This document shows positions 38,651 to 51,389 of a stretch of DNA of 64,000 bases, one piece after another. The notes under the pieces are model-generated. The model saw nothing but the letters and a program-made list of their open reading frames with translations. It ran no database searches and was not told where the DNA came from. Position 1 is the stretch's first letter, and each line of letters starts with the position of its first letter. Source of the DNA: Oopsacas minuta (Eukaryota > Animalia > Porifera); NCBI GenBank assembly GCA_024704765.1, contig JAKMXF010000314.1, forward strand, positions 343,418 through 407,417. The letters run 5' to 3'. Position numbers and translations under genes: made by a program.

Positions 38651-39888
38651 TAGATACTTGTGAAATACATGTCATCATTCCATTAAAGCAAAGTCTTTGG
38701 CAAAATATGCCAAATTATTTATTTTGTAATCATGAATTTAGCGAATTATCAAAAAATGCAGTTTAAAACCATATAGAACATTAATTGATGATACTTAATT
38801 AAAATGTTGAAATACGAAATGTTCTAAATCTTTTCTATTTTAGAATATGAAAAATGGTTATGACAAAATTACTCTTACCAATGTGACGTAATCGTGAATA
38901 TGCCGATAAATGGTCACTTTCAATATTTCGCAATAATCTTCAGAGATATCAAGTAAAATGTATTATCAGGGTATGGGAAGTCCGATGTATATTATATAAT
39001 AGCTCTTCTGATTTTATAATAATTTCCATGATTATTGAGTTGTAAGTGGATATTGACAAAACATGTGCTATCCATGGTGTGTGCTACAACTCAGAAACTT
39101 GCTAACTTTCTCAAAATTAATTTTGATACTTGGTGTAGAAACGATTTTAGAACAATTCGTAATTCAACATTTTAATCAAATATCAATATTTAACGTTCTA
39201 TATGATTTTAAAGACGGAGCATTTATTTGATAATTCGCTGAATTATTGATCGCAAAAATATATAATTTGGCATATTTTGACAATATTTTTGTTTTAATGG
39301 AATGATGTTATATATTTTTGCAAGTATGTAATACTGCCAAAAGTGCATTGTTTTTTGAGATATACGTTCAAGCATAATAATCCCAAACTGGTTTAACTAA
39401 TCTTGTCCAAGAAAAAACTTGGTGCCATTGCCTTAGTGTATTAGAATGCTATGACTAATGCTAATCCATTGAGATGTGGACGTTTATATCGATATCGATA
39501 TTTTCATGAAATACTAAAATTCCCATCCACTATGAAAATACAAAAGTTGATAAATTATCAGTTTTCTGTATTACGAATTCTTGCTTTGAGGTTCTTGAAG
39601 TTATTTCTCATCATTAACCCTCCATAAATATATAGACACTTTCTCTCGCATCTTAAAATTCAATTCCTTTTAGCAAAGGGGGAGGCGCTAGTGCTTTTTC
39701 TTATACCTGGTGTTATTCTATCTTGAAGGATTCATTATCATCATTTTGTCCACCTAATTTGATTAGATAATTTGATTTATATTAATTAATTATTTTAATC
39801 TAAGTACACGAAATTAATTAATCCAGGAAATGAGGTTCAATCATATTGTATTCACATTCAAGAACAAAAAGCAGACAGTTTAACTATA

Positions 39889-41200
39889 CAGGGTGTCTAA
39901 TAAGTTCTGTTATATATCAATTCCCCAATAATTTCAAATTTATCCATTGTAAAGCCATGAAACTTTCTATTTTCTTAGGACTTATGTTCCTAATTACAAA
40001 TTACAAATATCATTCAATATAGCCTCTCTTTTTATGAATTACGGAAGTTAGTCTGCTTCGAAACTGATGGACAGCTTTTCGCAGCTCCTCCTGTGGGATT
40101 TTCTGCCATTCACTCAACAAACTAACTTTGAGGGACTCCAAACTCTTGTGAGATTTCGCACAGGCCCTGCTCTCCAAGTTTGCCCAAACAGAATAGTCGA
40201 GTGGGTTTAAATCTGGGCTTGATGGTGGCCATTCATCCTTACTTATGAAATCGATATTTTGCTCACGGAACCAACTCTGGGATACTTTTGAAGCATGTGC
40301 AGGCGCAGAGTCTTGTTGGTAAGTCCAAGGATGGTTTTGAAAGAGCTTCTCACCCGCAGACGCAATATCAGGCTCCAAGACCAGTTCTCTGTACGTCTGG
40401 GAGTTTATTTTCACTCCCTGGGGGACAAAAATCAGGTTTGTCCGTGAGTCTGCCGACACTCCCGCCCATACCATCAGAGAAAGAGGCTTCTGGACTCTAT
40501 CAATGTACTTGATGCTATCTGGGATATCCTGATTTCGAGAAGCAAGTATACGGTCGTTTTGACGATTGCTTGCCTCCTCAACAGTGAACAGCTTCTCATC
40601 TGAGAAGAGAATCTGATCTTCAGTCCCAGGAGCGAATCGGGCTTTTAGTTGTATGCATCTTTCGAGTCGCTTACGACGTATGGAGTCGTTAAGATGGTGT
40701 ACGTTTTTCCGCTTATAGGACTTCATTCCTAGGTCCTCTACAACCAATTTCCGCATCGTTTCGTGATTGACACAGAATTCACGAGACATTTTTCGCATTG
40801 AACGCCGGGGATTTCTTAGGATTCGACATCTAACACTATTCTTCAGGGCTGGTGTGCGGGCGGATCTTGGACGACCAATTCGTTTCCTGTCGGACACGCT
40901 GCCAGTCTCTATATATCGTTTTATTGTGCGATAGATCAACATGGGATTCACTTTATCATTTTTTAGCCTTTTTAGAATTTCACTATTGCTAAATCCAGAT
41001 TCGTGAAAAGTGACAATTTTTGAACGAATTTCTTCTAACATGATTTTCTGGGAAATCATCAACTTGAATGATATATACTTGGTATAATTTGAAAGAGCGC
41101 CAAAAATGCTACAAGAAATTCTAGAAGATTACTTCATAAGTATATTAATAGCTACTGTCTAAGGCGCGAAAATGTATAACAGAACTTATTAGACACCCTG
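39889..41200 (-). mobile_element. complete Tc1/mariner-superfamily transposon, DD37D (maT) family
   Basis: 1312 bp. Perfect 26 bp TIRs CAGGGTGTCTAATAAGTTCTGTTATA. TA target duplication at 39887-39888 and 41201-41202. One uninterrupted transposase ORF. Confidence 0.97.
40010..41062 (-). CDS. DD37D (maT) transposase, 350 aa, intact
   Basis: Paired-like HTH with GRPRSAR linker. Catalytic triad FSDEK, QQDSAPAH and SPDLNPLDY, with exactly 37 residues between D2 and D3. Confidence 0.96.
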   Translation of the reverse strand: MMISQKIMLEEIRSKIVTFHESGFSNSEILKRLKNDKVNPMLIYRTIKRYIETGSVSDRKRIGRPRSARTPALKNSVRCRILRNPRRSMRKMSREFCVNHETMRKLVVEDLGMKSYKRKNVHHLNDSIRRKRLERCIQLKARFAPGTEDQILFSDEKLFTVEEASNRQNDRILASRNQDIPDSIKYIDRVQKPLSLMVWAGVSADSRTNLIFVPQGVKINSQTYRELVLEPDIASAGEKLFQNHPWTYQQDSAPAHASKVSQSWFREQNIDFISKDEWPPSSPDLNPLDYSVWANLESRACAKSHKSLESLKVSLLSEWQKIPQEELRKAVHQFRSRLTSVIHKKRGYIE

Positions 41201-42469
41201 TACAAAGCTAAGCAAACATTCAATTATTTTGAAAAACCGTTAAATCCACCACCAAAGGGCCTCCGTCACTATTTTTACATTTGTGGTGGAGCACCACCAA
41301 AGTGAGGTCGCACTGGGGGGCCGTTGCCCCTGTTGGCCATGGGTTAATCCGGCACTGATTATCATCCACATTATACACATCATATTTGTACGCAGTGGCG
41401 TAGCACTGCTTCAAAAAGTGATCCGGTTAGAAATAGAAACAAACCTTGGTTGTATGGTCCAATAAATGTACAGTGCAAAACATTGGGAAGTAATTAATGA
41501 AAATATAAAGTAGTCTCATAGTAGAAACACTAAATTACATGTCCTGTTTTGAAACGTACCAAAAATAGCCATTCGGTGTTCAGTGCTCGAAAATTGATTG
41601 GCCCAAAATGGAAATATACAACCATTAACAAGGTTAGAACACTATTTCCATACTTTGGATACAATAGTGCGAAGTAATAATTCATCAAAACAAGAAAAGT
41701 CATAGTCCGGCTAAAAGCCGGACCTACTCCTACGCCTATGGTACGTGATTTATCATATGATTAGTTTAAATTTTTAATTATGTTAAATTGTATTTCAAAT
41801 ATAGTTAATCAGTCGGACATTTTGGAAGATTGATCATAGTTTAGAATTTTAGATTATTATCCAGTATGATTGAGCTCTATAATTTGATTAGAATAATATT
41901 TTACCATTAATTCTAATTTAGGGACTAATAATACATCACTTATTCCTGCTCATAATCAGGGTTCTCAACCCTGGTAAATTTCAAAATCGTGAGTTTCGTG
42001 AAATATTGTGATATTTGAGAGCCCTGCATATTGTTCATTGCATGGATGCCATTAGTCTTACAAAATTTGTTTTATAGGTTTTGGGTATGCTGAATCCGAA
42101 AAATGGTATGAAAAGTTGTTAGAGACTGAAAAATACATATACAAGGGTGGAAGAAGGTGGTCAGGCCATTGGCTTGTTCTATATATATAATTGTCAGGCT
42201 CAGCCACACAATTAGAACAGGCCTGGGAAATGGTGGTCAGGTTATAGCCTGACCGTTTGACCCACCCATGTCTATTTCCCCTTGATTTCCCACTATCAGC
42301 TATAATACCAAACTTAAAACAAAGGATTCTCCCGAAATTTTCCTTGACTAAATATTATTGACAATACGTAGTACTTATGTATCGACATATATGATTTGCC
42401 TTATTCGAATTAGATCATCATAAACTAACCATTCATATACGACAGACATGACCATAAGACAAACAAACA

Positions 42470-42498
42470 AATTTACTTTTTCGTTACTTATATGTTAG
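42470..42498 (+). promoter_or_regulatory. splice acceptor 15 nt upstream of the p38 ATG (5'UTR intron or trans-splice site)
   Basis: atttactttttcgttacttatatgttag|ATTTCCCATTTCTCC-ATG. Confidence 0.5.
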
Positions 42499-42513
42499 AT
42501 TTCCCATTTCTCC

Positions 42514-43620
42514 ATGGCGGAAGATGAAATACCGATTCTCCCCCTTGATTTAGAACCCTCCTTAGAGGGCTGGGATACAACTTGTATTCACAAAACAACA
42601 TGGCAGACACCACAAGCAAGATACAGCGACCTCCAGCCAATCGGTGTCGGAGCTTTCGGCACGGTATGTTCTGCTTATGATCTGAAAGAGAATCGTCGTG
42701 TCGCGATTAAAAAAATGATTGAACCTTTCGGTTCTAAAGACCATGCCAAACGTGCTTTCCGAGAAATGCATCTACTAAATCATTGTAATCATGAAAACAT
42801 TGTAGGCCTCCTAGACATATTTTATTCGCCATGTTCAAGCCCTGATAAAAACTTCGATGTTTATCTGGTCATGCAAATGATGTCTAGTGACTTGCATAGC
42901 CTTCTGAAGAACCAAGCTTTGGGTGATGAACATATCCAATTCTTTGTATATCAGGTGTTTCGTGGTCTAAAGTATATCCATTCCGCTAAGATTGTTCATC
43001 GAGACTTGAAGCCCAATAATATTGCAGTTAACGAGAATAGCGAATTGAGGATTTTGGATTTTGGCCTCGCACGGGAGAAGGACGAAGCTATGACAGGTTA
43101 TATCGCGACAAGATGGTATCGCGCACCAGAGGTGATGCTATCTTGGACGGAATATGACGATAAGGTTGATGTGTGGGGCGTTGGCTGTGTGATGGCTGAA
43201 ATGCTAACTCGTAGACCGCTATTTCCTGGAGTAGATCACGTTAACTTGTTGGGTTTAATGTTGGAATTGTTGGGTACTCCAAACGAAGAGTATCTGAACC
43301 AGATAACATCTGAGAGTGCTCGTAACTTCATCCGTACACTCCCTGTACATAATAGGAAACAATTCCAGGTCTATTTCAACGGTGCTAACCCAGATGCAAT
43401 AGATCTCTTAGAAAAAATACTCATTTTCGACCCGAATAAGCGGATATCTGTTGAAGATGCTCTAGCACATCCATACCTGACTAAGTATGCTGATCCTACT
43501 GATGAACCAATTGGGCCTATTTACATTGATCCAACAAAAGATGCCGATCTAAACCTTGAGGAATGGAGGAAGATGATCTTCAAGTTCATTGAAAATTTCA
43601 AACCCATAGATAGGTTATAG
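42514..43620 (+). CDS. p38: p38-family mitogen-activated protein kinase, 368 aa, single coding exon
   Basis: IGVGAFGTVC, VAIKK, AKRAFREMHLL, HRDLKPNNIAVNE, DFGLAR, MTGYIATRWYRAPE (TGY), FPGVDHV, HPYLTKYADPTDEP docking region. No stops or introns. Confidence 0.97.
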   Translation: MAEDEIPILPLDLEPSLEGWDTTCIHKTTWQTPQARYSDLQPIGVGAFGTVCSAYDLKENRRVAIKKMIEPFGSKDHAKRAFREMHLLNHCNHENIVGLLDIFYSPCSSPDKNFDVYLVMQMMSSDLHSLLKNQALGDEHIQFFVYQVFRGLKYIHSAKIVHRDLKPNNIAVNENSELRILDFGLAREKDEAMTGYIATRWYRAPEVMLSWTEYDDKVDVWGVGCVMAEMLTRRPLFPGVDHVNLLGLMLELLGTPNEEYLNQITSESARNFIRTLPVHNRKQFQVYFNGANPDAIDLLEKILIFDPNKRISVEDALAHPYLTKYADPTDEPIGPIYIDPTKDADLNLEEWRKMIFKFIENFKPIDRL

Positions 43621-43911
43621 AGGATATATTTCGTGGAGCTATCTTTATTCAAGCTAAGTAATTAGTATATTTATGTTGCATGTAACTCTACAATATTATT
43701 CATCCCTCTACAGGCAAGCATGTGTGTATACATTATGTCAACTCTTTTTATTGTACTTTTCTTGAAAATCTTGATAATTTTTCTTTGTGATAATTATGTT
43801 TAATTACATTATTAATCAGCCGTCTTTGTTTAAATATTGTTTATATTGTTCGTTCACTTTCGTGTATATTAAACATGATCATTTGAAAATGTTTCAATAG
43901 TTTTATCTATA

Positions 43912-44338
43912 CAGTGGAACCTCCCAACGTTGGGTGGATAAATGGTGCGTTTGGCACACCACAGCGAATTGAACCTCTGTGAGTAGGGTTGTTATCAGAA
44001 TTAGGGTTCCGGCCAGGATATTTTTTAATAAAATTGCATATACAAAATTCAATTAGATATTTCGAAAGTAGGTAAAACTGCATTAGAACATGCCGAAATG
44101 GGGCTTTCAAAGTAGGCTGCATAATAAATGATACCTATGGAGGACCACAGCCAAATGATTCTCCCAAATTTCATACCTGGTAAACATTCATTGAAAGATT
44201 ATTGGGACAGCCTAAAACATATAGGACTAATCTCATTAAAGCGAAATTAAATAATCATAATATTTTGATGTTAGGTGTGGGGTATTTCCCAGTGTATTGA
44301 AATTGCTTCCCGGACACCCCACTTTCGGAAGTTCACTG
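43912..44338. mobile_element. pogo-like MITE
   Basis: TA-CAGTGGAACCTCCCAA at the left end; imperfect inverted end TTCGGAAGTTCACTG. Confidence 0.5.
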
Positions 44339-45866
44339 TTTAGATTTTCTGAACTAGAAAGGTTTTACTATAGAATCAATGCCATATATTTTTTTATAAC
44401 AGGCATCCATACGCCCCGAATGCTTTTTTGGTGAGAATATATTTTTTGAGAGACTAATGATATTAATGTTGTATTATTCATATATTAATAATCATCTTAA
44501 AGTAGTGGAGAACGGCATCATAATCAATATCAATAATACTCTATTGTTAGTAATTAATATGAGCAAGTAATCAATTGCTAATCATTTCCCATAGATGCAC
44601 GAAAGGCGAGTGAATTTGTTTGTGCCTTGAAATTAGTCGCAAAAGAATCCTTAAATTGTGAAAATTCAAACCATGGGCCTGCTTGCATAAAATTCACGGG
44701 CGTCGGGCCGCACCTTAGAATATAATTGGGAATCAAAATTAAGTTACAGATCATATAGAAGACATGACTCTATGCCAGGGTTTCCCAACCTTTGGGCATA
44801 TAAACAAACTTGGTTATACTGTTGTCATAGAGACCACGGTGTAGCTAAGTTTGGTTATAAATTATATTTATTTTTGGTCAAGTTCCACGACCATTTTCAC
44901 CAAATATCAAACTTGACTAAACATGGCCAAATGTGACCTTGACCAAATATGTCGACATGGGTATGGTCATATCCAAAAAATTCTAAAATGTGTGGCCTTA
45001 GCCTATGAGAATTTGAAAAACCATGCTTAGGGTCCGAATACACGCCCCCCGCTTATCAACTTTCGAATATTGACTCGAAATCTTTAATCAACCACATCAT
45101 GTTACTGGTTGTTTCGTGACTATCCATATTCTATGGAATATCTATACACCTATTCCCCCTGTTCATTCGTAACCCCTAGAGTATTTAAACCAATTTTATT
45201 ATTAAATGGCAAACTAAAATCTGTTAGTTTATCTGTGTGTCCTTAAGTTCGTTATTAAGCAGAGGATTAATGGGATGTCATATTGAATTCGAATTTTTCA
45301 ATTCTGAGATGTCGCATAACTATGTATTTATCGTGTTTACCACGAAAGGAAACATATGTTGGATCTGTTTTCATACTTTTGAATTAATCATCTGCAGGGC
45401 ACCCAAGAGGATTGTCGGGCCTCAGGGCAATAGTCTTCTCAAGCTCCCTCGAAAGATTTTTGATTCATATTTGAACACAATTCTATTATTTTTTGTATGT
45501 ATTGATTATCTAAGCCCCAGATTATGTAATAATAATTTTAGCGCTGCTCCTAAGTGAGATGCCCCATTGGCATGGACGACTTCCGTCATTGCGTCTTGCG
45601 AAATCTACCCGACCGATTTACATGAAAATTGGCACGTGGATACATTTTGGGGCGTAGATGTGCACCTCGGGTGTGAAAAACTTGATTTGTAAAGTGAATG
45701 TTTTTCCACCTTTTTGGTGGGTAAAGTTAGGTCATTCAGATTGGAGGCTTTCACGATGTGATATACACTTCATTTCTATTGGTTCTACTGGATATGCAAT
45801 TACCTTTTCACTGTAATGCATATATATTGAATGTATCTTACAATTCTATTAGTTGTTGAGGTGTCT

Positions 45867-46095
45867 CAGATGTAGATATAATTGATTGATCATATTTCAC
45901 ACCATTTGGCCAACAATTCAAATCATGCTATATATTTCGCCTCAAGGGTTAGACATGGGTCATTGAGATACTAGGATAAAACATGATATTATATAATAGG
46001 GCACAAATAGTTGAGATGTCAAGATGGGGAACACAGGCAAAGAATTAACACTACTCGCTAGATATAGTTTATTAACCTGTAATCTTGCTCAGACA
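45867..46095 (+). repeat. about 230 bp dispersed repeat, copy 2
   Basis: Colinear with 26577-26806. Confidence 0.85.
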
Positions 46096-46131
46096 CAGGA
46101 ACCCGAAATTAATCCAGGTATCTACACTGGG

Positions 46132-46389
46132 GAGGGTCGTAGCCACTGGTCAGGTTAGTCAGGTTTCAACCTGACCACTTTTGGTGACTGAATTTCCCTA
46201 ATATGACACCACTCGCTCAGATTGGTTAGGTTAACCTGACCACTCAGTCAGAGTTTCAACCCGACCGATTTTGCTAGCAAATTTCCAAGATTTCATCAAC
46301 TGGTGCAGTTATATAAGTTAACGTGACCACTTTGTCTTCTTTGTGCTGTATTCAACCAGACCACTTGTATTTTCATGGCTACGGCCCTG
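46132..46389. mobile_element. hAT-type MITE with CTGACCAC subterminal repeats
   Basis: Ends (G)AGGGTCGTAGCCA / TGGCTACGGCCCTG. Confidence 0.7.
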
Positions 46390-49300
46390 TGTGGGGGTCA
46401 GGGAGGGGCGTAGCTCCCTCTTGACAAAGAACAGATAAATGACCTGAGATGCATTCTCAATCTGTCCACTCAACCAGTTTTATCCAATAAAAAGATATGC
46501 TCGTGTACAATATCCTAAATATGTGATTGAACAAGTATGCATGCATGCAAACAATTTGAAACAATTCGATCTTTATTTCAACGCTAAAATTTACATATTT
46601 ATCCATTTATTCTATCACTTGCGACATAGTCCATGTGATCCCTCGCCATTTCCGGGTCCCCTAGCATCCCATGCCCTAGGGCAATAGCGCCCCTCTTGGT
46701 GGTCCTGATCATTTCTAAATTTGGGGTAATCAATTATACTGAATCTAAATTTCTCATTTTGTAAATTATTGTTGTTTTTATGAATATACTACCGCGCTTC
46801 GTTTGTTTACACACAGGTCGCTGAGTGAGCTTAGTGCCTCTGGTTAGCTTAAGTATTTAACAGCTAAATTTCTTAATGTTTTTGTTGTAATCCTGGAGTA
46901 TAGCGTCTGAGTGTTGCAGTGTATTAGAGAATTTAGTGTGTCTCGAGATCCTTAAATCGCTAGCATATCGGGAACAATCCAGTGAATTAGGAACCCCTTA
47001 CAAAAATTCTTACACTAATAGGCCATATATTGCTCGTTGGCCCAAATTTTTTACTATATTGGTTATCAGCTCACCCCCGCACGCCTACACAGGCCTCAGA
47101 ATAAGTCAAGTACTAGCTCTAAGATCCCGGGGTATAGGGGATAGGACAGAATACACATTGAGTCTAGTTTTACACTTAGGATGATATATTTGGGAGGTTA
47201 CCACGACATCACGTCCCATACTATAGGCGTCTACATTTTCCGGGACACTGATGCGACGCCATGTCATTTCCAGGAATATAGGCACACCCTGGGAGTAAAC
47301 ACATTTGATGGTCCACATGTTTATGAGTTTCTATTACATTAAAGATGCATTGTGTGTAGGCGTAGAAAGGAATTAATCTCAGTGTGTACTCGTGCACACT
47401 AACTTCTCTAATACACTGCTTTCATAATACTCAGCATAATGTAACCAGATTACTAACCAAAAAGCCACGTAGTATTACCACAAAAGACCTTTAAATGGGA
47501 ATTTGACTATGGATGATGTAAATTTCCACAAAATATTACCTTGAGGTACGTAGTGTCGAGTATACCCATTCGCGTACGACCAAAAGCATCAAGAGATTTT
47601 AGTTGTTTAATACTAAAGCTGACCGGGGGTACTAAGCTGTCGAGTAGCGACTTAGCAAGTGAACAGCACTAGTATGCTATTTATCCTCAATTAATTCTCC
47701 TAAAATATAAAACCATATTACTATAATTTTAACGAATTCAATACTATTTTCATACAACTATGTAATAACTAAAATGTTCCAGTCAATAAGTTGGTAGTGC
47801 AACTAGGAACTCTGGGTCATGTTTCTTATCAATCAACTAAATCATTAGTCGTTAGATTATGAACGCCGCTTTTGCCCCATTTGCTAGAAGGCTTTAATTC
47901 GAAGATAATACCTGAAATCATAGTAGGAAAGTTGAGATAAATTATTTGAAATCAATCCAGGATAAATTTCGTCTAATATATCTAACATAAACGAGTACAT
48001 TAGTAAGTCAAATATACATATGGACAAACGTGGGGTAGAGACATCGAAATATTTTCTACAGCTCTATTTTTAAACACAAATATTTGGGGTGCTACACAGA
48101 TGAAGAATATATGGCTGTTCAACTCAGGAAAAGTTTAATTAATCAAATCACAAGGATGAAAAATTACAAAATCTATTTATATCTTTAAAAATTATTCAAA
48201 GATCAAAAACAAATTTTATTATCATTATGTACATTTAAGCATCCATAAACTTCGAATGAATTAATATTTAAACTCATATTATGGTTTTACCATTCAGCGT
48301 TATTTTTCAGTTATTTCTTTGCAATAGTAGTTTGAATTCCAGCCACTCCATTAGAAATGAAACTCTATTAATAACCTCAGGATTGTGGTCAATTTCCTCC
48401 AACAATAGGTCACAACGATTGAATGAATAGTTTACGTCGTTTCTTATGTTAGTATGTTTTATTACCAATAAAATCTCGACAAGCATTGACAATCCTGGCT
48501 CGATCCCTTCAGGGCAGAATCTTATCCCGGTCCATTACTCGCTATACTGATATTCCTGTATTAATATTACGTGCAAAATGTCAATAATTGCAAATCTTCG
48601 ATAAATCTTTATGTTCTATTTTTGAAATTATTTTTCAACCTATTGGGGATTTTTGGTAAGAATAGGTTATTTTACAGGGGCTTTAATTGCAGATTTAATG
48701 GAAATAGGTATTAACTTACTACTTACCTATACGGAATGTATTATTGATGTATAGCCAATCGGTAGTTGCGAGTTGAGATCGCAACTATCAAAATTGAAGT
48801 AGGAAGGTAGATTAATATAGTGATTATATAATAAGTAAATGAAGAATACTTTTTGCTAGAATATTATTTTCAACAAAATTAAGTGTATATGTCAATGTTT
48901 AAGTTCTAACTATCATGAGCATAATTAATCGAACAATTTAGCAGCTAAAATTCAATAAATTTGAATCTTTCAATTACGTATTAACTAAGGCCATGTAAAG
49001 TAATATACTTGTTTCTCACGAAACCCTCATTCGAAAAGCTACAGACAATGCTACGTTTGTGTACATATATTTAGTACTCAAAAGGCCGCGCGGAGACCAC
49101 ACAAACGTAGCACTAGCTTTGTACAAGTATGACATTAGTGAAATAGTGAGCTAAAATCCATAATCATAGCTATTTTCTTAACTACACCATTCACCCGATA
49201 GATATCTGTTTTAAATACCCAATTTTATCTCCTACGCACTTACTCCCCGTCAAGTCCCGTATTTTAGGCGACTGCATCACACTGGACCGTCCTCTCAGGT

Positions 49301-49724
49301 TCCGGAAATTTGTAACCGAAATTATATGTTTCAGTATTTTCTTCCACTCACTTAGATAATCAGATAATTAGCATTGTCTCAGATCACTTCAGGTGGTTCG
49401 AGTATTGAAGGAAATGTTCTCAGAGAGCCTGGTGACATATCCAGATCTGATTCGACAGATTCAGAAAATTGGATTTCTCTTGTGCCGCCCTGGATACTAC
49501 CTCGCCTATAGGCTCATATCTATCGGAACCCACCACTTTATTACAGCAGTTAGTACAACTTCTCCAGGGTTCTCAAGATCATTCTTCTCTCTTGGATTGT
49601 CACATATAACATTTCAACAAGAAGAACCCGCTAGCATTTCTAGATGTAAGGGACCCGGCCGCCCACGAAAGCGCTTCTACGGAAATATGTGTATAGCTTC
49701 CAGGCCTAAACCTACAGATGTGCC

Positions 49725-51380
49725 CAGGGCCGGATTAAGGTCTTCGTAGGCCCTTCAGTTACCAAGCGGGAATAAATTTTGCGAATCATAATCACACATG
49801 TGCGATTATGATTTTCAGTCCCGGGATCCCTAGATCATCCTCATAAATTTCATTCGTGATTGCATACTGTATGAAAGTCGTAACCGGGTTTGAACATGAA
49901 GTCAAACTAGATCCCAGGATTCTAATCCTTAGGTGCTTATCGATTAATCAGTTACTATTTTAATATGCCAAATGGTGATGGGATTACGCGTGACTAGTTG
50001 ATCTATTCTCCATCAAATGAAAACGTGTTTTGTTTTGTGTGCAAGCTTTTTTCTAGTGACGGAAAATTAATACAATTATAACTAGATTTGATGATTGAGA
50101 AATTTCATTGTCAGATTAGCCTCGCATGAACATTCAAATGACCACTATCTAACAAATAATAGAATTGATAACGAGCTGGAAAATGTCAGACAAAAGGCAT
50201 TTCATACTGGTCTGAGGTTCTTAAAAGAATTGTAACTGTTGTAATATTTCTTTCTAAACAAGGTTTAGGTTTTAGAGGTGACAATGAAATCGTTGGCAGT
50301 CAAAACAATGGGAATTTTCTTGGGTGCATCGAATTATTGGCTGAATTTGATCCCTTTCTTCACGAACGTGTTGAAAAATTCAAAAACCCTGGAAAGGGAC
50401 AAGTGTGCTACCTATCTTCAACTATTTGTGATAAACATATAACTAATTTGGGACTATAAGTTAAGGAAAATTATTGAAGAAATCATAGATTCTAAGTACT
50501 CATAGTAAATATTGATTAAATACCTGATTTTGGTCACATTGATCAACTTACCATAATATTCGGCATGTGCTCTCTGATGGTATTGTTGTGTAAAATTTTC
50601 TAGAATTCCTTCCTTTTGAGAAGCATGATGGCAAGTACCTCTTTGATGCATGAATTAAGTTTCTCCTATAAAATGGAATAGATATTTCATGGTACAGATC
50701 ACAATCTTATGATAATTCAAGCAATATGAATGGGATATACTCTGGGGTACAAACAAGATTCAGAGAAATCAATAAATTTGCAGAATGATTGTCGTGTGCA
50801 GCCCATAAGCTAAATCTGATCCTACCAGATTTATGTTGCTCTGGAAGCTTGTAAGGAGGCTGGAAACTTCTTTGGAGCTTCGCAATCTATATGCAATTTC
50901 TTTTCGGTTTCACATAAAAGATGGAGTATACTAACTCGAAATCTTGAAAACAAGGCATATGTGGTTCAGAGTGTGTCTGAATCACGATGGTTTGCAAGAA
51001 GTGTCCGCTATGAGAACCCTATTTAAGAACAACTCAGGGATTAAACAAAGTCTCATGAATTTTCTGAACGTTTGGAACCTCCTTCATCTGTTTATGAAGC
51101 TAAATCTCTTGCGAAAAAACTTAACACATTTGAAACTGTTTTAATGTGCACTATATGGAACGGCCTGCTACAAAACATAAATATAGTTAATAAAACTGTT
51201 CAAAAACCCGGAATTGAATTGGGTACAGTCGTTAGGTTGTATGACGGTCTTCTAACACACTTTTAAGAAATCCGTAATCAATTTCACAGTTTTGAAATGA
51301 AGGCAAAAGAATTTTCAGAAAGCGACTCCAAGTCCTCACGCAAACGTGTAGGGAAAATATTTTGATGAAGGTTCTAATGA
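49725..51380 (+). mobile_element. decayed hAT (ZMYM1-like) transposon, 5' end plus transposase core
   Basis: Terminus CAGGGCCGGATTAAGG at 49725. Motifs GFRGDNEIVGSQNNGNFLGCIELLAEFDPFL, YDNSSNMNGIYSGVQ, CAAHKLNL, SESRW, IWNGLLQNINIVNKTVQ. Confidence 0.85.
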
Positions 51381-51389
51381 TGGAACAGA

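Noticed and set aside
40288-40512. Plus-strand ORF within the maT element
   Set aside because: Antisense shadow of the transposase.
43620-43900. Poly(A) tail or TSD proving p38 retroposition
   Set aside because: None visible, so the retrogene origin stays a hypothesis.
49370-49410. GGTTCGAGT B-box-like sequence suggesting a tRNA or SINE head
   Set aside because: No A box at the right distance and no stems. Downstream GRPRKRF suggests a LINE 3' scrap instead.
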